Source of the DNA: Camelus dromedarius
Taxonomy: Eukaryota
DNA: 64,000 bases
Reading direction: 5' to 3'
Assembly (NCBI RefSeq): GCF_036321535.1
Contig: NC_087447.1
Span: 14,074,001 to 14,138,000 of the forward strand
Shown here: in pieces, positions 24,101-35,200 of the stretch
Numbering within the stretch: the first letter of the stretch is position 1
How the letters are laid out: each line of letters starts with the position of its first letter
Program-made: the position numbers and the translations under genes
Notes under the pieces: generated by a model
What the model was told of the DNA's origin: nothing
Databases searched by the model: none
What the model saw: only the letters and a program-made list of their open reading frames with translations

Positions 24101-27100
24101 CAGTCAGTTTCTCTTTCACCTCAGAGAGTGTTGATATACAGGGTGGCCACCAGTTTGAACAGTTCTATTTAAAACCATCAAGGGGGTGAGGGTATAGCTC
24201 AGTGGTAAGGTGCATGCCTAGCATGCCTGAGGTCCTGGGTTCAATCCCCTGTACCTCCATTAAAAAAATAAGAAATGAATATCTTAATTACCTTCCCCCC
24301 AAAAAAGATGAAAAAATAATAAATACATTTTTTAAAAAATAAAATAGTTGAACAAGCCATTTAAAAAATTTTTAAATTAAATTTTAAGTTAATTTAATTA
24401 ACATTTAATTTAATTAAAATTTAATTTTTTAAATTTAATTTTTAATTTAATTTAATTTTTAATTTAATTTAATTTTTTAATTAAAAAAATTTTTAAAGGG
24501 GGGAGTGTATAGCTCAAGTGGTAGACTGCATTCTTAGCATGCATGAGGTCCTGGGTTCAATCCCCAGTACCTCCTCTAAAAATACATAAACTAAATCTCC
24601 AAATAAATAAATAAATAAATACCATCAAGATGTCTGTCTTCTTTCATTTTAATTTCCAGGAGTCAGGATCTGGAAATGTACAGAAAGAAGTTTCATCTTC
24701 CTTTGACCGAGTTATCAAGGAGGTAAGATGATTATGACGTCCCTAATTCAGAGCAAATGCAGGTGGCAGTTATGGAATCAGGATCATCCGGCCTGTATGT
24801 TCACTGTCTGTTCCAAATGAAATTAGACCTTCAATTTAATTTGGGCTTTACTGCATGTAGAACATTGCTTGCTGTTTGGAATAGATGCATTTCAAGGAAT
24901 CATATTTTGCCCATTTGTTTCATCTTTAAAATTGAAGAGGTTTCTACTGAAACCTCTTATAACAGAGTTGAAAATCTCTGGCCCAAAATTGTTAAAATAG
25001 TGACCAGGCCCTTTGTCAGCTGGATATTATATATCCAGAAATGCTTGTACAGTATCATTCTGACTTTGGAATGTCCTCATTGCCCGATTCCCACTCCTGT
25101 CTTCTGCTATTAGAGTTTGCTGCATGCTTGACTTAATAATACTCTTTTACTCGTAGTGTTTACATTGTCTAATTGTCTGTAGTGAGGTCATAATTTTTCA
25201 GTAAAAGCTGCCAGCCAAAATACATATTACCAAACAAGTATTGCTGTAGGTCTAGACATCATATGAGTCAACTTGGTTTTCTGTAAATTTTCATGAAGTG
25301 ATTTTCTTCAGAAGTAGAGATACAGGGGGAGAGGGTATACCTCAAGTGGTAGAGTGCATGCTTAGCATGCATGAAGTCCTGGGTTCAATCCCCAGTACTT
25401 CCGCTAAGAATAAATAAGTAAACCTAATTACCTCCCCCCACCAAAAAAAAAAGTAGAGATACATTTATTAATATGCATTTTATATTTTCTTAACTTCATT
25501 TAGTTCATCCTGTCCCATAAGTTCTGAAAACTACCATTGGAGTAAGGGGTGAGCAATCTCTTAACTGAGTGACCGAAGATAATGTTTAAATGCAAAAAAT
25601 GAGTAACAGACCTGCTATATTTAACAGCCCACCTCCAAGGACTGTGATTGAATTTTGTCTTTTACTCACCTCTTTAGCAAGTCCTGGACAAGAACGATAA
25701 ACTAGGATAAATATAGCAGCTCTGAGATACTGCACAGTTTTGGGATTGTGGTCAAAAAACAAAACAAAATCATTCTGTTCTCCTTGAGATGTTGATACAG
25801 ATTAAACAGAGCCTGATGTTTGCCTAGTATAGATATCAGAGTCTCTGAAATCGCTCACAATGAGGGAGCAGCTCACTAATCTAATACAGGCCTCATAATT
25901 TTATTCCAGCTAGGTTACTGGTTGCTGGTGACCTTCTGTTTCTTTGCTTTTGTTTTTATTATCTGTAAAATTGAGGTGATAACAGAAATCTGCTTTGCAG
26001 AGAAATTTTGAGAAGTAACTGTAACAGAACATTGAAATCCACAAGTGAGAGCCGTGCTAGAATGCCAGTGTACTATGTGGTGTCTGTGTGTTGTATTCCC
26101 GATTCCTGACTCCAGGACAGGAGTGCTGGTCGCTCACTTCCTCATTCTGCAGTGTCCACCCACATGACTGCTCACAGGAATTTGAGTGTCATTTATTTAG
26201 ATTTCAGAAGTGTGTGTTGATTGTTCCTAGACAACTCGAGAGATGATGGCTCGTTCTGCTGCTACCCTCATCACACATCCCTTCCACGGTATGTTTGCAG
26301 TTGATACCTGAAATCTGATTTTTTATCTTTCTTTTATAACATGATCTCTCCTGACTACTTAGATCGGTTGACGTGGGAGTTCACTAAAGTCCGTTGCCTG
26401 CGTGGCTTTTGTTTTCTGTTTTGCTTCCTTGTTTTGGCTTTTACCTAATTTATCCAGATAGCAAAGTATCTTTAGGTGGAAAAACTTTTTTTTTTTTTCA
26501 GGGCTATCAAAATTTATCTCAATATAGCTTTAAAAAGTTTTTTCTCTATGTTCTACAGTGATCACTCTGAGATCTATGGTACAATTCATTGGCAGAGAAT
26601 CCAAGTACTGGTAAGTGTTTTTGTTTTCAAGTGTTCAAGGAGCTCTGTTGAAGCCAAAGAATTGAATAATAATACTTCACATTTTTATGATGCCTTGGGG
26701 TTTACAAAACAAATTCATATATCTTATATCATTTGATCCACACACACAGAAAAAACAGTAAAATAGAAGAAAAGGGCCCAGACACTTTTAGGAACCTACC
26801 CAGGCTCTCAGTAAGTTGCAGAGCCACCGAAGCCAAAATTCACCCTGACTCCATGTGATTACACCCTTAGATAGTAATATCTCCACTTCTGTCTCCAAAT
26901 CCAGCTGTCTTTGCAGAGTGAGGGTGGTAGAAAGGGCTGCATGGGGAATGTAAATTTGACCTTGTCAGAGTGGTAATTGAACACTGTTTTTTTTTTTTAA
27001 TAACTCCAAAATAATCTTAATGTATTTTGCCTTTCCTTCTTCTGAACCTAGTGGACTTTGTGACTCCATAGTAACTATCTATCGGGAAGAAGGCATCCTA

Positions 27101-30100
27101 GGATTTTTTGCGTGAGTAAACTACTGATTTGTGTGGGTGATTTTTGTGAGAGTGGAAAGCTTTAATGAGAATGAGGGCATGACTCTTTGTTTAATCCTTG
27201 GGGAAAATGTACCCTCTGAGTTTACTCTGTGTTAAGCTCTATTTAGGCCCCTGTGACTTAAATTCTCTTGTAAAGATCCCGGACTTTTGTTCTGAACACC
27301 CAAAACATTTGAGATAAGGGTTTGGGGAGGAGGGTATAGCTCAGTGGTAGAGCACGTACTGAGCATGCAGGAGGTCCTGGGTTCAGTCCCCAGTACCTCC
27401 ATTAAAATAAATAAGTAAATAAATAAACCGAATTACCTCTCCCTGAAACAAAAACAAACTATATGAAATGTGAGTTTTGTTTCTTCTTTTAACAAATAAA
27501 TTCATTCCAAGTTTCTACCCTTATAGTAAGTTCTCAACTATGTATAGTTGATAAAATGAGGAAAGTGAATTTTTGAAAAATGGGGAACTCATCTAACTGT
27601 ATCTTCCTTATCCTAAGAGAATGCTATATTCATTCCCTTGGATTTACCTTGTTTATTATTTTTTTTTATTTTGGTGGGAGGTAATTGGGTTTTTATTTAT
27701 CTTTGTCTTCAGCCTGTGAGGTCATGTTCGTCGCACTGTTCCACACTGCCTCACCTAGATTACCCAGGCCCTGGGAGAACGTCTTTGACGTCTCTCCCTT
27801 GTATCTGTGTTTGGGCCTTTCTCATTTTGCAATGTTTCTCATATTTTGCACTATCAAATTTGAATATCAAGTAGTTAAGCAAAAATCATATGTAAGTCTC
27901 TTTGAAGTAGGCAAATGTTTGGCCTCCCTGCTTACAGTAAGGTGAGCCATTGGCCATAGCTTAGAAGGGTATAGCCGACTTGGATTTTTAAAGTGAGAAT
28001 GAAAGTCATTAGAGATTAGCCTCAAGTACAATTATATTAACTAGAATGAACTGGTTAGATTCTGGTATTTGATGTCTTTTCAATTCTCTAGAATGTTTTG
28101 AAATCTAATACTTTGAGAAGTGTTTGTATTGAGTGGATTATCTTCTTACTATTCCCATTTTTTGGTTCTTTTTATTGTTTCTTCATGTAGGGGTCTTATT
28201 CCTCGCCTGCTAGGTGACATCATTTCTTTATGGCTCTGTAACTCGCTGGCCTACCTCGTCAACACCTATGCACTGGACAGTGGGGTAGGTTGTGCCTTTG
28301 ATGAGCTGTGCAGGTGCTGGCTTCATTGTAGTCAGCCGGCAGCTAGGTTAGCTTTGAAGTCAGATGGCAGTTGGCTGTGTGCCAGACTCATTAATAGCTA
28401 GATGCTAATAGTCAAGTTTTTAATGGAATGACCATTTTACCTGTTTACCGTAGAGAAATGCACCCAGAGGATCTCTAGGGTGTGGCAGAGGGAGCCTGTC
28501 TCCGTTCTACAAGGAAATTACTTTATCAGTACCTAATTTTGGAGGACACTATGAAGCAGTGCAGTTTTATAGTGTAATCGGGGTGTCCGTCTAATCTGAA
28601 GTGTTAAGGGGACTCCTCTACTGGGTCTTCTAGAAACTGCAGCCGGTAGGGGTTTGAGAATCAGCCTTCCCTCAAAGCAATGTTTCTGCAGCCTTAGCAG
28701 TTGTGGGCCTCTTTGTACACGGGCAGCCCCATGGCCTGTGGGAGCTAGAACACACCCGGGGGTCGGACTAAATCCGTGTGCTAGGTTTCCTGAGTATAGA
28801 GGCCGATCTTCTCCACAGCGTCTGGTACACAGCTAGGTGTGTCTGGAGGTAAGACTTGTCCCTCAGTAGACCGTAAGTGTGGTTTCCCAGGACAGTAGTT
28901 CTAGGATGTGGAAGTCCATTCTCGAAATAGAGACTATATTAGTATGGTTGGAGACAATTAGCATTAATATCAGCTTAATCTTCTTGCTCATTCTAATAAA
29001 GACTTTCTTCCTGTTTTAGGTTTCCACCATGAATGAAATGAAGAGTTATTCCCAAGCTGTCACAGGAGTGAGTTTTGTTTTGTTTTTTTTAATCCTCTTA
29101 ACCTTTAAGGAATAGGTTTGTTTTCTTTTCTTTTCTTTTAAATTTGGCCTGTGTCATCACTGCTTTAAATCAACCAGCTGTCTCGCAGGAAAGTCTCTCA
29201 AATTTGTTAATGTTAGTCAGCGGTAAGAAGAACCCAGATCCTTGCATCACAGTAAGAGTAATAAGCCCACACAGTTTGGTGGTGTTCAGCCTTCAGAGCA
29301 GGTGTGTGGGCATTTCTCATCACGGCTGCCCCTGCGTCTCAGGCCTGCTGCTCACCGCATCCTGCTGATCCAATCTGGAAATGTCACCCTCTTTAATCAT
29401 ATGGAGTCTTCCAGGAATAGACTTCTGAAGTAGTTCCCATTGTCTTTGGAAAGATGCACCTGTTTTATTTTCTTCAGGGATATTTTGGAATGCTTCATTG
29501 TATTTAGTTGTATTTAACCTTTTCTCTTAAATAATGAAGTTTGGTTTTATTTGAATGAGGACTCAGTCACAGAATAAGAGAAGTCTCCTGGTCTTTCATT
29601 AAAATGTTGCATGTAATATTATGTTAAAAGGTGGAAGCATCTCTAGGCTCCAAAATGTGTCATGTAGTCTCTCCTTGGATGCTGAGAAAGCCACAGTGGC
29701 ACTAGGACTAAGAGAGAGGAAGAAGAATAAAGAAGACTAGGAATGACCTGGGAACTTAGTGGTCTTTTTATTCTTTTACAGTTTTTTGCCAGTATGTTGA
29801 CCTATCCCTTTGTGCTTGTCTCCAATCTTATGGCTGTCAACAACTGTGGGTGAGTGCCTTGCCTTTCTCATCTTAGTAGTTGGCTGCCTATATGCCTGAC
29901 GGTTAGAGCAGTCCCAGTAGACATTTGGGGGGAGAAAGGTAGAGTTGATGCTATTGCTAGATTTCCTAGTTTTTTTCTTAGTCTGCCCCATGTACCAGCA
30001 GTGCCATCAATTTATATTATAAGCAGCCAGTTCGCACCCTTTTTTGGAATGGAGAGCGCATAAATAATATTTCTCAAGTGCTTATAAATAATACGCACTT

Positions 30101-33100
30101 GCCAGTAGTGTAGGTTCTTTTCTAAAATGGGTGGGATAATTATCAAATTACTCTATGTTCACATCTTTATTTTATTTTATAATATTTTTTCTTTCCTTTA
30201 TTTTAAATCTTTTCCCTCTTTTATGAAAGTTACAAAATGGTATATCAGGGATTGAATGACATCCTATACCTGTTTTTCCTAGGGGCTTCATGGAGAAAAT
30301 GAGTTTTAAAGAGAGAAAAGTAGGAAATTTGAGTGGAGAATGGAAAGTTTCTCAGCCTTTCATGTGCTGGTCGAGAAGGGGTTGGGTGTGGTGATGGACA
30401 CCACTGATTTCCAGCTTCTAGGTGCCTAGCAACTACTAGATTGGACAGAAGCTTTGCCTCTTGATTTAGTTCAGAACTCTGTAACAAAAGTGTACCTGCC
30501 ACAGTATGCCACTAGACATGTCGTTTTCAAACAAGATGTCAAATAGAGAGTCGTGTGGAGTTTTCAGCATTGTTATGGTTTTTCATATCATGTTACATTC
30601 TGTTCGTTTTGTGATTTATGAAGCAGCTGCCACATTTTAGTCCAGAGCAGACTTGAAGGATGAGTTAAATGTATCATTATTATTATTTACAGTTTTAGAG
30701 AGGAAATGCTTATGGTTGAACCTGACTAAGAGCCACTGTTTATATCCACTGTCATGTTTGGAGTCTTTTGAATACACTTAGCTTTTAAGTCCCCTTTCCC
30801 TGCTCTTTAATCATATAATTACTGTGTTCTAGAATTTCACGTGTCCACCAATTGAAAATGAGATGTGTTAGAAAAGACACAACTGATTGAAGTTTCTGTT
30901 TATTTCTTTAATTTTTTTTTATTATTGGGGCACTTGGTTATGTTTATGTCTAATAGAGGTACTGGGGATTGAACCGAGGACCTTGTGCCTGCTAAGCATA
31001 CGCTCTGCCACTGAGCTAACCCTACCCCTCTTCTGTTCATTGATTCAAAACCTAAATGTAAGGGAGGGAGAACCCTTTTGGATGCTCGGTCCTTCCCCTG
31101 CTCCAGTAGAGGATGTCATTAGAACTAAAATTGCCTCTCAGGGAACCTTCTATGTAGAATATTGTTGTTTGTTTGTTTTTGGGGGGAGGTAATTAGGTTT
31201 ATTTATTTATTTTAATGGAGGTACTGGGGATTGAACCCAGGACCTTGTGCATGCTAGGCATGCATTCTACCACTGAGCTATGCCCTCCTCCCTTATGCAG
31301 AATATTTTTGACAAAGATTCATTGTACTCTTGAGAGAGTGTTTTGTAAACATTAACTTCAACAGCTCATCTTTTTCCTGTTTCAGGCTTGCTGGTGGATG
31401 CCCTCCCTACTCCCCAGTATATAATTCTTGGATAGATTGCTGGTGCATGCTACAAAAAGAGGTACTTCTCTCATCCTCTCTCCCTCCTTCCCTCCTTCCC
31501 TCCTTCCCTCTCTACCCCTTCCTCATAGTTTATTTTGTTTTGTTTGTTTTCTTAAATGTCTCTGGAATCCCGGGTTAATTCTTGTATGTTATCCTTTAGC
31601 TACGAATTAATGTACCCTTTACGTTCACTCAAGTTCCGTGTGTCACCTCTGGCACAGTAGGAAAATGTGCTGCTTAGGAATCATCAGAACAGGTGCTAAA
31701 GAAGTAAGATCCCTCGATGTGATCTAGGAGGCATTTGAGTGATCATATTCAGATTACAGATAAGGTCCGGGTAGACACTTATCCTGGTTGTTAAAATGAT
31801 GGCCTTGATTTCAGGTTATTTTTTTCCATACTCACGTTTTTGTAACTTTTCAAAACCTCCTTATATATATTCAGGTGTTTTCCTGCAGTATATGGAGAAA
31901 CTGAGAAATAAGAAGTTGTTTTGTGAGATTATTTGTCATAGTGAAGTTAGTAGAACTGATCTCTTACTTCTAGAGTCTTTTGTCCAGACTCTGTGTGGTC
32001 TTAGTGGATGATTTTGTCCAAACTCCAGTTTATTGTTTGTTACTGCTATGAAGTAGTTTGTCTACAACCAAAAATTCTTGATCAATCTAGACAAAGCTTT
32101 ATTAGGAACCAAAATGATGGTTGGCTTTGTGCTGAATTTAACACAGAATCACTTAAAATGGCCCATCAGTTGAAAGCTGGGTTCAAGTGAAAAGCAGTTT
32201 TTAAAGGCTCATGGAAAAAAGTGAATGAAAAAGCTCTTTGTTGTGTTATATTACAGTACTAGTGGCGCATGTGAGAAAGGCCTTTGTTCACGGGGCTCTG
32301 GCTTCCCAGCCTGACCTCTGAATGAAAAGCCCAAGTGCTGCTGGGGGGCTTCTGCTTATCGTGTCCTACAAGCCCCTCCGCGAACCAGGCCAGGACCTCG
32401 GATGGTTGCTGGACAGACCTCGCGTGAACAGTCCAGTCTGAGTCTCACACTTTCTGTTAGACAGTTTCCTTTTGTGGTCCCCACTTAAAAGGAAAGGTGG
32501 CCCTTCTTTCCCCCACTTTGTAACTAACCCCCTGCTATAGAAAGAAAGCAGACAGAAAATTATTACGGTATCAGACGCCTTACCGAGGGAACGTTTGGTC
32601 TATAAGTGCTTAAGACAACAGCAAATCTTGGCTCGGGATTGTCTGTATCAGGCATCATGCTGAGAGATTCCCATGAATCAGCTCATGTTACCCCCAAAAT
32701 AACCACATGAGAATAGGTACCATTCTTTATCGTCCCACATCACAAATGAAGAAACTGGGATTTCGAACAGTTAAATAATGCCAGTTACGTCACCAAGGTC
32801 ACACAGCCTGTATTTGGGAGAGCAAGATCTCTGTGCAGACTGTCTGACGTCAGAGTCCGCTCAGTTAATGCTCACAACGTTACGACTTTAATTGTAAGAT
32901 TTTATAAGTACTCCCTAGAAACCTGACCATTCTATTCAAAATAAATAAAAGCTGGCACTTTCTGCGTGTTAGGACTCTTCTCAGCACTTCATATGGAGTG
33001 ACTCATTTGGTAATCTAGCAAGGGACAAAGCCAGAATCCAAACTGGGAATTCTGTCTAAATATGTACGAATTTCTTGCCTTATCCATGTGGCAGAACTAT

Positions 33101-33459
33101 GGTTTGCTAATTCCAAGAAGCTCAGCTTGAATCAGAACACAAATGGCCCCTCTGCACTGACGCTCCCAGTTTTGTCCTGGTCATTACAATCATGTCTCCC
33201 AGAAACATGTCCAGTTGGATGTCTCTGCTGATTTGGACTGGCTGACCTCATCTTCACACAGACTTTATTCGTANNNNNNNNNNNNNNNNNNNNNNNNNNN
33301 NNNNNNNNNNNNNNNNNNNNNNNNNNNNNNNNNNNNNNNNNNNNNNNNNNNNNNNNNNNNNNNNNNNNNNNNNNNNNNNNNNNNNNNNNNNNNNNNNNNN
33401 NNNNNNNNNNNNNNNNNNNNNNNNNNNNNNNNNNNNNNNNNNNNNNNNNNNNNNNNNNN
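17695..33459 (+). CDS. MTCH2: MTCH2 mitochondrial carrier homolog 2 (outer-membrane insertase); exons 1-12 visible (825 nt, 275 aa), terminal coding exon inferred inside the N gap
   Basis: join(17695..17781,20000..20084,20238..20344,23988..24014,24660..24722,26231..26288,26559..26610,27052..27111,28191..28284,29020..29067,29782..29849,31386..31461,[gap 33274..33459]). Translation [47 protein letters not shown]...WIDCWCMLQKE. All introns are GT-AG with consistent phases. End coordinate is approximate. Confidence 0.97.
20000..20084 (+). CDS. MTCH2: MTCH2 exon 2
   Basis: aaag|GTGGGA...TACG|gtgagt; [28 protein letters not shown]. Confidence 0.96.
20238..20344 (+). CDS. MTCH2: MTCH2 exon 3
   Basis: ttag|CTCAGC...TTACAG|gtaaga; AQHIASIDGKRGLFTGLTPRLCSGVLGTVVHGKVLQ. 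Confidence 0.96.
21553..22369 (-). pseudogene. Unidentified poly(A)-tailed retroposed insert (candidate processed-pseudogene fragment) in MTCH2 intron 3
   Basis: T-rich tail 21553-21612, minus-strand AATAAA at 21648-21653, possible TSD aactgttt (21545-21552 / 22370-22377). Parent gene not recognised. Confidence 0.45.
22308..22368 (+). repeat. Polypyrimidine microsatellite (TTCC/TCCC/TC)
   Basis: Seen directly. Confidence 0.9.
23988..24014 (+). CDS. MTCH2: MTCH2 exon 4 (27 nt)
   Basis: tttgtag|CATTAC...GTGGAG|gtatgt; HYQECDKVE. Confidence 0.92.
24183..24340 (+). mobile_element. tRNA-Ala-derived camelid SINE (first of a tandem pair)
   Basis: gggtatagctcagtggtaaggtgcatgcctagcatgcctgaggtcctgggttcaatcccc. 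Confidence 0.9.
24361..24497. repeat. AT-only low-complexity tract (137 nt, 2 non-AT bases)
   Basis: TTTAA/AATTT units; only g24388 and c24402 break it. Confidence 0.95.
24498..24620 (+). mobile_element. tRNA-Ala-derived camelid SINE (second of the tandem pair)
   Basis: gtatagctcaagtggtagactgcattcttagcatgcatgaggtcctgggttcaatccccagtacctcc plus (AAAT)n tail. Confidence 0.9.
24660..24722 (+). CDS. MTCH2: MTCH2 exon 5
   Basis: ttccag|GAGTCA...AAGGAG|gtaaga; ESGSGNVQKEVSSSFDRVIKE. Confidence 0.95.
25325..25450 (+). mobile_element. tRNA-Ala-derived camelid SINE
   Basis: Perfect 13-nt TSD aagtagagataca (25312-25324 / 25451-25463). Confidence 0.92.
26231..26288 (+). CDS. MTCH2: MTCH2 exon 6
   Basis: cctag|ACAACT...CCACG|gtatgt; TTREMMARSAATLITHPFH. 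Confidence 0.95.
26559..26610 (+). CDS. MTCH2: MTCH2 exon 7
   Basis: tacag|TGATCA...TACTG|gtaagt; VITLRSMVQFIGRESKYC. Confidence 0.95.
27052..27111 (+). CDS. MTCH2: MTCH2 exon 8
   Basis: cctag|TGGACT...TTTGC|gtgagt; GLCDSIVTIYREEGILGFFA. Confidence 0.95.
27324..27460 (+). mobile_element. tRNA-Ala-derived camelid SINE
   Basis: ggggaggagggtatagctcagtggtagagcacgtactgagcatgcaggaggtcctgggttcagtcccc. Confidence 0.9.
28191..28284 (+). CDS. MTCH2: MTCH2 exon 9
   Basis: tgtag|GGGTCT...AGTGGG|gtaggt; GLIPRLLGDIISLWLCNSLAYLVNTYALDSG. Confidence 0.95.
29020..29067 (+). CDS. MTCH2: MTCH2 exon 10
   Basis: tttag|GTTTCC...ACAGGA|gtgagt; VSTMNEMKSYSQAVTG. Confidence 0.95.
29782..29849 (+). CDS. MTCH2: MTCH2 exon 11
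   Basis: tacag|TTTTTT...TGTGG|gtgagt; FFASMLTYPFVLVSNLMAVNNCG. Confidence 0.95.
30912..31028 (-). mobile_element. tRNA-Ala-derived camelid SINE
   Basis: gaggtactggggattgaaccgaggaccttgtgcctgctaagcatacgctctgccactgagcta. Confidence 0.88.
31164..31293 (-). mobile_element. tRNA-Ala-derived camelid SINE
   Basis: TSD tatgtagaatatt (31151-31163) / tatgcagaatatt (31294-31306). Confidence 0.92.
31386..31461 (+). CDS. MTCH2: MTCH2 exon 12
   Basis: ttcag|GCTTGC...AAAGAG|gtactt; LAGGCPPYSPVYNSWIDCWCMLQKE. Confidence 0.95.
33274..33459. other. N gap (186 nt) inferred to hide the MTCH2 terminal coding exon and stop codon
   Basis: N run. The sequence after it (gcgtgcttttttaataatcatttaatcttgggaaaat...) resembles the recalled human MTCH2 proximal 3' UTR. 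Confidence 0.85.
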
Positions 33460-34889
33460 GCGTGCTTTTTTAATAATCATTTAATCTTGGGAAAATGGAG
33501 GTGTTTGGTGTCTGCCTTTTTTTGTTCTTTTTCCCAGCAAAACACATATTCCTCCTTTAGTTATTCTGAAGTGGGACATTTTTGCTCCAGACTGTTTTAC
33601 CTAAAGAAAAAGTTGCATTTACCTCGAAATACAGGCAAGTTGTCATGTGATTTGAGTCTTAATTTCAGGTTTTGTAAAATGAAGAGTACAATCCCAAGAA
33701 GGAAGAGAAATAATTCTGTAAAACAAGAAAATTAATGAGGCAAACAATAAGGAAGGTTGTAAATTACCTTCTCATTAGTAGACCCTAAAAACTCAGTATC
33801 ATCCACCAGAATCTGCCTCCCATTAAATGCTTTTAAGCACATTTGATTCATACTTCAAAGAAAGGACAATATACTGCTAAATTACCCTCGAAAATCTCTG
33901 CATGAGACATGCACGCCTTCAGCCTATTACTGCAAAGCAATAAATTGTCGCCAACAACCAAAAAAAGGACAACTACCGAAAATAAGCAAGATTTGGGAAA
34001 GAAACGTAATGGCTTTTTTTTTTTCCCAAAAGAAATTCTTATTATATAAAATGTGAAAAGCAAATACTGCAGCATCAGCCCCCTTCTCTAAGAGCTAAGT
34101 TTTTGCCAGTCCCTAAAATACATGATTACACGGTTCTAACTGTATATAATCTTTTGTTCTTCCGTTTTTTATGTTTGTTTCCTTTATGTTGTTGCAGAAG
34201 GTGAGTAGTTTATTTTTCATTCCTAATGACACCCTTGGAAGGTGTACGTGTAACTTCATGTCTGGTGATGCAGACTCAAGTCCACGGGGTTCTTAGGGTA
34301 TTAATCACCTTGCATGTCATACCCACGTCATACCCTCAGGCATGTTCACATTTATGGGGGGGAGGGGAATCACTTTAGAAGGAAATAAAATTTCACCTCA
34401 AGCCTAAAGCTCTTATTTACTCAGGCCTTTTGAAAGCAGGTTAAAATGCTCTAAAATGAGGAAACACTTGGTTTTACTTATTTAAATAATCCACTGGGAT
34501 GTTGCCAAATGAGGAAGCACTTAATTTGCTGTTTCTCAGAGGAATTTGCTACTTTCCTGTCAAAGCAGCAGCACCCACAGTGTTAGAGTGAGCATGCAGG
34601 GTCTCCTCCCTCCCCCAGGGTTTAGGAATATAGCCTGAAGCTCATGAGAAGCTTACCTTGAATGTCTTTGATGTCTCTTTGTCTCAAACTAATGTAAATT
34701 TTATATTCTATTCAATATTATCTGCATTTGTTTTACTATAAAAATGTTTTGCATTACCTACTTTTTTCCCCCCAAAAAATCTTCCAGTAAAGATGATCTA
34801 GGTAAATGTGCCATGTTTATTATCCTGTGGCTTCTGTGCTCACACACTCCTGTTAGTTGGAAAGCTTGTCTGACTAGGAGAACCACCTA

Positions 34890-34904
34890 CCGCCAGAGGG
34901 CGCC
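34890..34904 (+). promoter_or_regulatory. Candidate CTCF site CCGCCAGAGGGCGCC
   Basis: Close match to the CTCF core motif, with CpGs retained in otherwise CpG-poor DNA. Confidence 0.65.
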
Positions 34905-35046
34905 AAGGCTTTGGTTTTGCCCAGATAAATTGGGCTGTGCAAAAATTTCACCAAGGCCTGGGATTATTCAAAGTACTGGTCAATCAATCTAACGGCATCC
35001 AAACTATAAGTACAGTAAGGGTAATATGACTATATCTCTGATCCTG

Positions 35047-35200
35047 TTTTTGTTCGTTGGGCGGGGGGAGGTCATTAGGTCTATTTATTTATTTATTTAT
35101 TACTAGTGGTTTGGGGTTTTTTTTAATGGAGGTACTGGGAATTGAACCCAGGCCCTCATGCATGCTAAGCACGCTACCATTTCAGTTATACCCGCCCCCC
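35047..35200 (-). mobile_element. tRNA-Ala-derived camelid SINE
   Basis: ggaggtactgggaattgaacccaggccctcatgcatgctaagcacgctacc. Confidence 0.88.

Noticed and set aside
32290-32470. GC-richer patch in MTCH2 intron 12 as a possible H/ACA snoRNA
   Set aside because: I could not define a two-hairpin structure or an H box.
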